Origin: a virus
Lineage: Duplodnaviria > Caudoviricetes
DNA length: 30,212 nt
Strand: one strand, 5' to 3'
Virus record (IMG/VR): IMGVR_UViG_3300020120_000075
Location: 1-30,212 of that record
Both the position numbers and the translations under genes were made by a program. Shown piece after piece: positions 9,373 through 16,231 of the stretch. Positions within the stretch are counted from its first letter, which is position 1. Each line of letters opens with the position of its first letter. The notes under the pieces are model-generated. The model ran no database searches. It saw only the letters and a list, made by a program, of their open reading frames with translations, and was not told where the DNA came from.

Positions 9373-11322
9373 GTGAGCCTGTACGCCAAGCGGGAGCCCT
9401 GGCCCTTCCACGTCAAGGTCGGCGGCACCGGCTTTCTGATTGGCTCGCCCGGTCCTGGCCAGCCGGCGCTGGTCAGCTCGAAAGCCGAAGATATCGCGAG
9501 CGTCGATCCGCCCGACTTCGACTACGCCAACCTGTCGCCGCTCGCCGATCGCGAGGAGCCGTTCGAGTCGCTGACGATTGGCATGGGCATGCGCACCCAG
9601 CACAAGTGGCGCGACTATCGCTACCAGGAGGCGATGGGCCTCGACCTGAGCGTGCACCCCTGGTGCAAGGGCCCGGAGATCCTCGACTCGAGCGGGCAGG
9701 CCAATGGCGAGATCGTCGACTTCTTCGAGCTGGGCGGCACGCTCTACGCCGCCGGCGGCAGCCAGGTCCTGCGCTACACGCCAGCCACCAACACCTGGGC
9801 GGTGGCCCACGATTTCGGCGCTGGCTACCTGATCCAGGCGGCGACGGTGTTCGCCTCGAATTTCGATGGCGTCCCGCGGGCCTGGCTGGCCTTTGGCGCG
9901 GCGCACCCCGCGGCCTACTCCATTGACGGAACTGCCTGGACGTCGATGCCAACGTTTACCGCGCTGGCGTTCATCCGCATTGCGCGCGAGTGGTGGTGGG
10001 CCGACAACGTCAATCGCTTGAGAAAATGCGACACCAACGCGGACCCGACCCTCGAGGCCAATTACACCAGCCTGATCTTCCGCGTCGGCGACCAGAGCTC
10101 ACCGATCACCAGCCTGGTGGCCACCGCCGGCGGCGTGCTGGTCATCGCCAAGACCGATGGTCTGTACACCCTGGACCAGGCCGGCGACGACCATCCGCTG
10201 TTTCCGTTCCTGCAGTACGCCACCAACGCGCGCAACGGGCGCTGCCGCGGCCAGTTCCTCAACGATGTCTACTTCGGCTACGGCACCAATATGTCGCGTA
10301 TGGGGTCGGACCTGTCGCTCGAGGAGATCGGCCCCGAGACCCTGCCGGACTACGACGGACCGGTGCGCGGCCAGATCACCAGCTTCGCCGGCGTCGGCGC
10401 GCTCTTCGGCTACGCGGGCATCTGGAACCCGGACACCTCGACCAGCTACCTGCTCAAGTTCGGCGCGTACATCATCCAGGGCACCTTTTCGACGTACCAG
10501 ACCCTGGCCAATGTGCTGGCCAACCCCGAGCGCATCGACGCCTGGAACGGCAGCCTGACCCGCGGCTGGACTGGGAAGTTTCCCTCGCGCATCTTCACTA
10601 CCGCGATCGGCGCGCCGGGTGGCCACACGTTCACCCTGATCGGCTTCAACGACGGCACGATCTCGCGCCTGGTCAATCCTTGCGTCTTCAACCCGTTGGC
10701 GTGCAGCCAGTACCGCTTCGTGGTCGGCGACGACTGGGTCCGCCTGCCACAGTGGCACGGCACGTATCAGGCCAGCCGCAAGACGCTGCGAGCCTGGGGC
10801 GTCACCGGCCCGAAAATCGACGCGACCGACTTCGTCACGCTCGAGTACAAGACGGCGCCAGACCAGACGAGCTGGACGGATTTTGGGTACTCCTTCCAGC
10901 ACGGCACGTTCGATCGCCAGCCATTCCCGATCGGGACGGTGTGCATCCTCGCCGAGTTCCGCGTGCACCTGCACAACACGGTCAACACCAGCTCGCCGGC
11001 CATCGCTTCGGTGGCGATCGGCCACGCGCTGCGCCCGTCGAGGCTGATGACCTTCGAAGGCGACATTTTGTGCGCCGACGGACTGATGCGGCGGGACGGT
11101 GTGCCAGTCAGAATGGGGCGCACCATGATTCGCCAGTTGATCGAAGCGGCGGTGGACAATCCCGGCGCCGTCGCGGTGGTGCTGCCAGACGAGACCAACA
11201 CGTATTTGAGCTTCGTTGATTACAAGATGTCGCAGGCGTTCGACGAGGTCGGGCGGCAGTGGCGGGGATCGCTGCATATCAAAGCGGTGCAGTGGACGGC
11301 GGTTGAGCCGCCGCCGAGTTAG
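9373..11322 (+). CDS. Putative tail nozzle / tubular protein B-like beta-propeller protein
   Basis: GTG 9373, 649 aa; repeated beta-blade motifs ('FFELGGTLYAAGG', 'ITSLVATAGGVLVIAKTDGLY') consistent with podophage nozzle proteins. Confidence 0.6.
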   Translation: MSLYAKREPWPFHVKVGGTGFLIGSPGPGQPALVSSKAEDIASVDPPDFDYANLSPLADREEPFESLTIGMGMRTQHKWRDYRYQEAMGLDLSVHPWCKGPEILDSSGQANGEIVDFFELGGTLYAAGGSQVLRYTPATNTWAVAHDFGAGYLIQAATVFASNFDGVPRAWLAFGAAHPAAYSIDGTAWTSMPTFTALAFIRIAREWWWADNVNRLRKCDTNADPTLEANYTSLIFRVGDQSSPITSLVATAGGVLVIAKTDGLYTLDQAGDDHPLFPFLQYATNARNGRCRGQFLNDVYFGYGTNMSRMGSDLSLEEIGPETLPDYDGPVRGQITSFAGVGALFGYAGIWNPDTSTSYLLKFGAYIIQGTFSTYQTLANVLANPERIDAWNGSLTRGWTGKFPSRIFTTAIGAPGGHTFTLIGFNDGTISRLVNPCVFNPLACSQYRFVVGDDWVRLPQWHGTYQASRKTLRAWGVTGPKIDATDFVTLEYKTAPDQTSWTDFGYSFQHGTFDRQPFPIGTVCILAEFRVHLHNTVNTSSPAIASVAIGHALRPSRLMTFEGDILCADGLMRRDGVPVRMGRTMIRQLIEAAVDNPGAVAVVLPDETNTYLSFVDYKMSQAFDEVGRQWRGSLHIKAVQWTAVEPPPS

Positions 11323-11330
11323 GAGGATCC

Positions 11331-11975
11331 ATGGCACGAACCAACGCAACCAACTTCGCCGGCGCGCTGCAGTTTCCGTACGCCACCGCGGGAACGGACA
11401 TCTTCAAAAAGGAAGACGTCCAGGTCCTGGCACAGGCGGTGGACCAGCACGACCATACGAGCGGCAAGGGGGTGGCGATTCCGTTCGGGTCGATCCCGAG
11501 CGGCACGATCACCTCGGCGATGATCGCCGACGGCACGATCACCTCCGCGGACATCGCCGACGGCACGATCGCCACGGTCGACCTGGCCGCGCACGCTGTC
11601 AGCCAGGTGCAGCTGGTGGCTGGGACGACGCTCAACCCCACGAGCACGTCTGTCAGCTTCGTCGACTTGCCCGACATGTTGATCAGCATGACCACCACTG
11701 GCGGTGACGTGCTGGCGTTCCTGGTAGCCCAGATTGCGAACAATACGACTACGGCGGCAATCAACATTGCGCTCAATCGTGACGGCACCGATGGCTCCGG
11801 TATGACTGTTGCCGAACCGAGTGCGAACTACTCGGTGTGCATGATGACGATGGCGCTCTACTCAGCGCTCGCCGCGGGCGCGCACACGTTCAAGGGACGC
11901 TGGAGTGTGAGCAGCGGTACGGCGACGGCGATCTCGTCCCAGCGCTATCTCTGCGTGCTGGAGCTGAAGCGATGA
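11331..11975 (+). CDS. Tail fibre / receptor-binding protein
   Basis: AGGAGG RBS; 'HDHT' motif, 10-aa 'IADGTITSAD' repeats and a beta-sandwich C-terminus. Confidence 0.7.
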   Translation: MARTNATNFAGALQFPYATAGTDIFKKEDVQVLAQAVDQHDHTSGKGVAIPFGSIPSGTITSAMIADGTITSADIADGTIATVDLAAHAVSQVQLVAGTTLNPTSTSVSFVDLPDMLISMTTTGGDVLAFLVAQIANNTTTAAINIALNRDGTDGSGMTVAEPSANYSVCMMTMALYSALAAGAHTFKGRWSVSSGTATAISSQRYLCVLELKR

Positions 11976-12331
11976 CCGAGACGCGGATTCACGGTCAATC
12001 CACCGGTGGCAAGCCCATCAACCTCGCCCAACTGCAGGGTGAAATGGTTACGGCCGGCGTCCACGTCGATGGACTGGGCCTCACGGATGACTACGTGCAT
12101 CTGTATGACGGTGAGGGGCAGCCGGCCGATTTCGCGACGGCCGACCAGCCGATCGTGGACGCGGCGATCAGCGCGCACGTGGCCATGCGCGACAAGACCG
12201 ACGCCGAGTACGCCACCGAGTTTCAAGACCCGAACACGACGCCCGCGCGCAAACAGGAAATCCGCGACATCACCGCTGGGCTGCTGCCGCGCGAGCAGGT
12301 ACCGATGACCGCGGAGGATATGCCGCAATGA
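11972..12331 (+). CDS. Hypothetical protein (possible fibre chaperone)
   Basis: ATG 11972 overlaps the fibre stop; 119 aa. Confidence 0.6.
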   Translation: MTETRIHGQSTGGKPINLAQLQGEMVTAGVHVDGLGLTDDYVHLYDGEGQPADFATADQPIVDAAISAHVAMRDKTDAEYATEFQDPNTTPARKQEIRDITAGLLPREQVPMTAEDMPQ

Positions 12332-12519
12332 CCGACTACAACGTTGGGCCTGGGGTCGCCCAGGCAATCGCCGACAACGGCGACGAGGCTCGCTCAGACG
12401 AGCGATTCGTGATCCTCGAGGAGGGCCACAAGGTGTCCCTGACCCTGGCGCGCGACAGCCAGTACTGGTGGTACGAGGAGGATAACCGGGTCAACCGGTT
12501 ACCGTTTCGAGACTCCTAG
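12328..12519 (+). CDS. 63-aa N-terminal endolysin module (zero-frame product, candidate cell-wall-binding domain)
   Basis: Coupled ATG start; ends CCG TTT CGA GAC TCC TAG. Confidence 0.65.
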   Translation: MTDYNVGPGVAQAIADNGDEARSDERFVILEEGHKVSLTLARDSQYWWYEEDNRVNRLPFRDS

Positions 12520-12991
12520 CGAGCCACCGATCCTCTATGACCCGTGGACCTCACAACCGGGTCAGCTCTACGACTGGACGTGCAGCGCCTGTTCGTTGGA
12601 CTGGGTCAAGCGAGCGATGGGCCTGGTCACGGTCGACGACATCTACGGCAGCCGTCAGACGACGGTGTACGAGATCGGCTATCCGGACCAGATCAATGCG
12701 ACATACGGATTGATGGATAGTTCTGGCTCAGCGCTGCGCACAGTGCTGGACGGCTATGGGCAGCCCAGCGAGCAGGGCTGGTTGGACTTCGACACGACCT
12801 ACGCCCTCGCCCAGGGGACGATGGGCATGATGTCGGGCGCCGCCTGGTATCACTGGGTCGGCATCCGGGGTGTGGACGCTGGCTGCATCTGGGTGGCGAA
12901 TTCTGCACCTAACTACAAAGGTGTGGTCGACCACGTTTCGCGCGACGACTTCGCCCGACTGGGCGGCTTTAGCGTCGTCTGGCTGGTGTGA
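12328..12991 (+). CDS. C39-like cysteine peptidase endolysin, probably made by +1 frameshift at 12505-12508 (~220 aa)
   Basis: The +1 frame reads ETPSEPPILYDPWTSQPGQLYDWTCSACS...YHWVGIRG...IWVANS, giving the Q/C/H/N catalytic pattern. No ATG/GTG/TTG lies between the in-frame stop at 12440 and the Cys. Holin-like genes follow. Confidence 0.65.
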
Positions 12992-13005
12992 GGGAGGGAT
13001 TTCAG

Positions 13006-13167
13006 GTGCAGATAGGCGGCACCGCGGCACCCTGGCTGACGATCGGGGCGATCATCGCCGTGATCGTGTTACTGCTGGCGATCCTGGGACTGGTGGGCGT
13101 CCTGCCCATGAGCGCGACCGTGGTCTTTGGCCTGGTCGCGGCGCTCGCGGTTGCAAGGCTCGTCTAG
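13006..13167 (+). CDS. Holin-like two-TM membrane protein, 53 aa (not in ORF track)
   Basis: GGAGGG RBS and GTG start; MQIGGTAAPWLTIGAIIAVIVLLLAILGLVGVLPMSATVVFGLVAALAVARLV. Confidence 0.65.
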   Translation: MQIGGTAAPWLTIGAIIAVIVLLLAILGLVGVLPMSATVVFGLVAALAVARLV

Positions 13168-13182
13168 GTTGCTCTGAGGTTG

Positions 13183-13422
13183 GTGGACCATGCGCTGATC
13201 GCGCTGCTCAACTGGCTGGTCGGCAGCAGCAGTCCGCTCCTGGCGGGTTTCATTGGCGGGGCGATCGCGCAGGCCGCCGTCCTGCTGGCGACGCGGGGTG
13301 AGTCGGCGGTCCCACGTGCGGTCCGTGTGCAGATCGTGCTGATCTGGATGGTCATTCTCGGACTGCTGCTGATCAACGTGAACCAGGGGCAAAACATCCA
13401 ACAATTACTCGCGCCAACCTGA
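13183..13422 (+). CDS. Membrane protein, second holin/antiholin candidate
   Basis: GAGG RBS and GTG 13183; two hydrophobic segments; follows the endolysin and first holin-like gene. Confidence 0.55.
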   Translation: MDHALIALLNWLVGSSSPLLAGFIGGAIAQAAVLLATRGESAVPRAVRVQIVLIWMVILGLLLINVNQGQNIQQLLAPT

Positions 13423-13431
13423 CGACCTGGT

Positions 13432-13617
13432 GTGAGCGACGAGCTTCCGGCCGGGTGGCGCAGGATGACGGCGCAGCAGCTACGCGCCTGGCTCCAGGCG
13501 AGCAATCACCACATGCCCTATCTCTTCTACGCCCGCAAAGAGCACCTGATCAGGTGGATCGAGGAGCACGTCGAACACCAGCGGGCGCGCTGCCCGACGT
13601 GCGGCCAGCCGATCTAA
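13432..13617 (+). CDS. Small protein with C-terminal CPTCG knuckle
   Basis: 61 aa ending ARCPTCGQPI. Confidence 0.55.
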   Translation: MSDELPAGWRRMTAQQLRAWLQASNHHMPYLFYARKEHLIRWIEEHVEHQRARCPTCGQPI

Positions 13618-13943
13618 CCGCCGGGGAAGACCCACACCAGACCTGATTCAGCTTGGTGTGGCCCGTCGTGATCTGGCTCGCAAGTGCAGTATTCGACGGC
13701 TTCGCCCGCCACCGGCACGGGGTAGATCTTCCCGCAGTTCGCGGGTTTCCAGCACGTCAACTCAGCCCGCAGCCGCTCAATCTCGGCGCGGAGTTCGTCG
13801 CGCTCGGCCTCGAAGGTTTTCACCGACAGCAATAGCAACCCGACCTCGGCACGAAACCCGTCACGCTCAGCTTCTAACGCTTCGGTGCGATCTATGGACT
13901 GGGCGGCGATTTCCTTCCACGGCACCAGCGGTTCGTCAGTCAT
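13614..13943 (-). CDS. Coiled-coil protein with C...C-x5-H-x-G-x-H metal-binding motif
   Basis: 109 aa; 'EAERD' coiled-coil repeats and 'CTCEPDHDGPH'. Confidence 0.6.
   Translation of the reverse strand: MTDEPLVPWKEIAAQSIDRTEALEAERDGFRAEVGLLLLSVKTFEAERDELRAEIERLRAELTCWKPANCGKIYPVPVAGEAVEYCTCEPDHDGPHQAESGLVWVFPGG
13632..13661. terminator. Hairpin where the late (+) and accessory (-) operons converge
   Basis: CCACACCA...TGGTGTGG 8-bp stem; no clear U-tract. Confidence 0.25.
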
Positions 13944-14074
13944 AGCGGCAACAGGTCGATGCAGTCGATGGCATCAGTGAACCGTCGCTGCCGTCGCTGC
14001 CACGGTCTTCCCATCAGCAACCACGCGAGCCAGAGCGGCACGCCACACGTCCGACACTTGGTAGAGCTAACCAT
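13940..14074 (-). CDS. Small hypothetical protein, 44 aa
   Basis: MVSSTKCRTCGVPLWLAW...; its stop overlaps the next start. Confidence 0.35.
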   Translation of the reverse strand: MVSSTKCRTCGVPLWLAWLLMGRPWQRRQRRFTDAIDCIDLLPL

Positions 14075-14076
14075 CT

Positions 14077-14256
14077 TTATCTCTCTCTGACTGATTGGGT
14101 ACGCACCCAACAACCTGCGGCAACGTAGATCTGGCGGCAGCGCGGACAGGTGACCCGCTCGAGGTCCTCGCTGCTCACGGCCGTTGGGTCTGCTCTGCAT
14201 GCGAGCAGCGGCTCGGGTGACGGAAGAAGCCAGTGGACGTCAGTCAGGGTGTTCAT
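14077..14256 (-). CDS. Small zinc-finger protein, 59 aa (not in ORF track)
   Basis: MNTLTDVHWLLPSPEPLLACRADPTAVSSEDLERVTCPRCRQIY...; H..C..CxxC pattern; GAGG RBS. Confidence 0.55.
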   Translation of the reverse strand: MNTLTDVHWLLPSPEPLLACRADPTAVSSEDLERVTCPRCRQIYVAAGCWVRTQSVRER

Positions 14257-14262
14257 ACAACC

Positions 14263-14640
14263 TCAGTCCTGGGCCTGGTTGACCCACGCCAACCACTTGT
14301 CGGCGATCATCAGGACCTCGCTGGATTTCACATCTGGCCGACTGGCACCGAACGCGGCCGCGGCCTTGAGCACGGCCAATCTGGTGATGCGCTCGTCGCG
14401 CTCGGTGGATACAACTCCCGCACTTTTGAGTGGTTCCGACAGTTTTGAGTCCAGGACTTCGAGTTCTCGGATGAAGCCCTTGGCGTCGACACTCAGCCGC
14501 ACGTGAGCGCCCGCCTCGGGAAGTTCGACCGAGTGGAATTGGGAAACGTTGACCCACGCGCCACCGATCTTGAGTCCGGTGCGGTTGGTGGCCTCGACGA
14601 CGCCCTCGACCTGTTGCGTCGGGACGCGACCGTTCATCAT
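14263..14640 (-). CDS. OB-fold-like protein, candidate ssDNA-binding protein
   Basis: GGAGG RBS; beta-rich N-terminus plus C-terminal 'ITRLAVLKAA...V...A..WLAWV' helices. Confidence 0.5.
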   Translation of the reverse strand: MMNGRVPTQQVEGVVEATNRTGLKIGGAWVNVSQFHSVELPEAGAHVRLSVDAKGFIRELEVLDSKLSEPLKSAGVVSTERDERITRLAVLKAAAAFGASRPDVKSSEVLMIADKWLAWVNQAQD

Positions 14641-14813
14641 CGGAGCCTCCACACAATGACCGTCAGCGTCAGGAGCAGGATCGCCTGCGTCAGCAGCCAC
14701 CAGCGCAGAACGCGCACGCGGCGGTCGAGCTGGTCGAGTTGCAGCAGCAGCGACACTGCCAGTTCCCGCAGGTCGCGCACTTCCGTCTGGGTGAGCGGCT
14801 CGTCCGCCTTCAA
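14637..14813 (-). CDS. Coiled-coil protein with C-terminal TM helix, 58 aa (not in ORF track)
   Basis: TTG start overlaps the upstream stop; MKADEPLTQTEVRDLRELAVSLLLQLDQLDRRVRVLRWWLLTQAILLLTLTVIVWRLR. Confidence 0.55.
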   Translation of the reverse strand: MKADEPLTQTEVRDLRELAVSLLLQLDQLDRRVRVLRWWLLTQAILLLTLTVIVWRLR

Positions 14814-15085
14814 AACGCCACCTCGTCGTCTTCAAGGATGGGCCGCGGGCGGCGATCGGTGCGGCGCAGCAGATCCTCGACGCGGCCGTCCTCGAGCAGG
14901 CACAGCAGCTCGCGCAGCACGGGCACAAGGTCGACGAGTCGGGCGCTGTCCTGCAGTGCGGCACGGCCACCGGCGCGCCACGCGGCACCCCAGACGGCGG
15001 CCATGTCTTCCGACTCGCGCGGGTGATGATGCCTCCAGGCAAAGAACTGGCCGGCGGCACTGGTGAGCTGGAGCGGGGCTGGCAT
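14810..15085 (-). CDS. Hypothetical protein, paralog of 19847..20107
   Basis: GGAGG RBS; FFAWRHHHPRE...AVWGAAWRAGGRAALQDSA..LVPVLRELL. Confidence 0.7.
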   Translation of the reverse strand: MPAPLQLTSAAGQFFAWRHHHPRESEDMAAVWGAAWRAGGRAALQDSARLVDLVPVLRELLCLLEDGRVEDLLRRTDRRPRPILEDDEVAF

Positions 15086-15088
15086 GGC

Positions 15089-15589
15089 TCAGTCCTCCCG
15101 CTCGGTGCGTGGCACGAACGAGTGCGCGCCCGTGTGGTAGGCCGGCTTGGCACACACACGCTTGCGATCTGGCGTATAGGCCGTGCACAACGGGCCACAC
15201 AGCGGCTCGATGTCGTCGTCGTCCGACTCACCGACGTGGTTGGTGACGTAGGGCGCTGGCTTGCCCAGAATGCGACTGAGCGGCGCATCGTCCTCGAAGC
15301 GCTTGAAGATGTCGTCGTACTTCGCCGCGGTTTTCTCAGACTGTTCGGCGACCAGGTCGCAGTGCAATCGCACGGCGAGCATGTGCTTGCAGTCGTGGCG
15401 GCGAGCGTCGTAGCAGGTGCAGCTGGTGCGGGTGGTGAAGTAGACCTCGTTGCTGTCGGCGCTCGAGCGGATGCCGTAGGCCTTGCGGCCGTCATGGGTG
15501 CGGACTTTCAGCCACTGGCCGGCGTCGGTGGCGATGGCGACGGCTTTGGCGCCGCGCGGGTCGGATGCGGGAAGCAGTACGGTTGTCAT
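15089..15589 (-). CDS. SWIM zinc-finger protein
   Basis: ATG 15589 after AGGAGG; 'CTCYDARRHDCKH' SWIM motif plus a C-terminal 'CAKPAYHTGAH' motif. Confidence 0.75.
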   Translation of the reverse strand: MTTVLLPASDPRGAKAVAIATDAGQWLKVRTHDGRKAYGIRSSADSNEVYFTTRTSCTCYDARRHDCKHMLAVRLHCDLVAEQSEKTAAKYDDIFKRFEDDAPLSRILGKPAPYVTNHVGESDDDDIEPLCGPLCTAYTPDRKRVCAKPAYHTGAHSFVPRTERED

Positions 15590-15670
15590 CGGTTTGGACC
15601 CTCCTACGGTCTGAACCACGAGCAGGTCGGCGCCTCTAACGCTGGCCTGCTCTCTTTGCGTCACGTCTAA

Positions 15671-15699
15671 AGTATATTGCACACGCTACATGAGCGCAA
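15671..15699 (-). promoter_or_regulatory. Leftward sigma70-type promoter
   Basis: Minus strand TTGCGC-17 nt-TATACT upstream of the SWIM operon. Confidence 0.65.
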
Positions 15700-15707
15700 C
15701 ATATAAT
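15677..15707 (+). promoter_or_regulatory. Rightward promoter for a leaderless XRE gene
   Basis: TATAAT at 15702-15707 with ATG at 15714; TTGCAC -35 at a long 19-nt spacing. Confidence 0.55.
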
Positions 15708-15713
15708 GGTCAC

Positions 15714-15938
15714 ATGCTAAACATGAGTGAAACAGAATTCGCCGCGGCGCTCGCCGTCCGTGTCCGCACCCTGCGAATGCGGCACGCCTACTCTCAGGAA
15801 GAGCTCGCGAGGCGCGCGGGCCTCGCCCGCGGGGTCGTCATCAACGTCGAGAACGGTCAGCGCCTGGTCAGACCTGCCAGCGTGCGCAAGCTGGCCCGCG
15901 CCCTCGCCGTGACGCCGCTGCAGCTCACCAGCGACTGA
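15714..15938 (+). CDS. XRE-family HTH transcriptional regulator
   Basis: 'VRTLRMRHAYSQEELARRAGLARGVVINVENG...SVRKLARALAV'; no S24 peptidase domain. Confidence 0.85.
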   Translation: MLNMSETEFAAALAVRVRTLRMRHAYSQEELARRAGLARGVVINVENGQRLVRPASVRKLARALAVTPLQLTSD

Positions 15939-15963
15939 GTACCATCCCCGAAACAACAGAAGT

Positions 15964-15996
15964 GCCCCGCGTCGCAAGTTGGCGAGCGACCGGGGC
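15964..15996. terminator. GC-rich hairpin with minus-strand U-rich tail
   Basis: GCCCCG-C-GTCGC...GCGAC-CGGGGC, preceded on + by AAACAACAGAAGT. Confidence 0.35.
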
Positions 15997-16033
15997 GTGG
16001 CAGATCAAACAGTTTGGAAAGGACTGACCTGCA

Positions 16034-16231
16034 ATGACCAGTGTAACGAATACCACACCAGCATCCGACGGCCCCAGCCCGAGGCGTCGGAAGTCAAAAT
16101 ACCCCGAGCTTCGCATCACCGAGACCATGGTCGTTCACGATCCGGCTGCGCTTGGCAAAGCTGCCGAGGCCTTCGTGAAGGCGCTGTATCGAGTACGCGC
16201 AACGCAGCCACACGACGAGGAGCTGGCATAG
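16034..16231 (+). CDS. Small protein coupled to the integrase
   Basis: 65 aa; AAGGA RBS; its TAG overlaps the integrase GTG. Confidence 0.6.
   Translation: MTSVTNTTPASDGPSPRRRKSKYPELRITETMVVHDPAALGKAAEAFVKALYRVRATQPHDEELA

Noticed and set aside
7061-11349. Long alternative-frame and antisense ORFs over the structural genes (e.g. 7061..8257, 9990..11219, 10099..11349)
   Set aside because: Arg/Pro/Ala-rich shadow frames expected at high GC; no motifs or RBS.
14263-15495. 410-aa minus-strand ORF as one protein
   Set aside because: Only the last 125 aa look coding and have an RBS. The rest overlaps three better-supported genes in other frames.
15979-16230. N-terminal extension of the integrase in the ORF track
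   Set aside because: It overlaps a separate 65-aa ORF with its own RBS; the coupled GTG at 16231 is more plausible.
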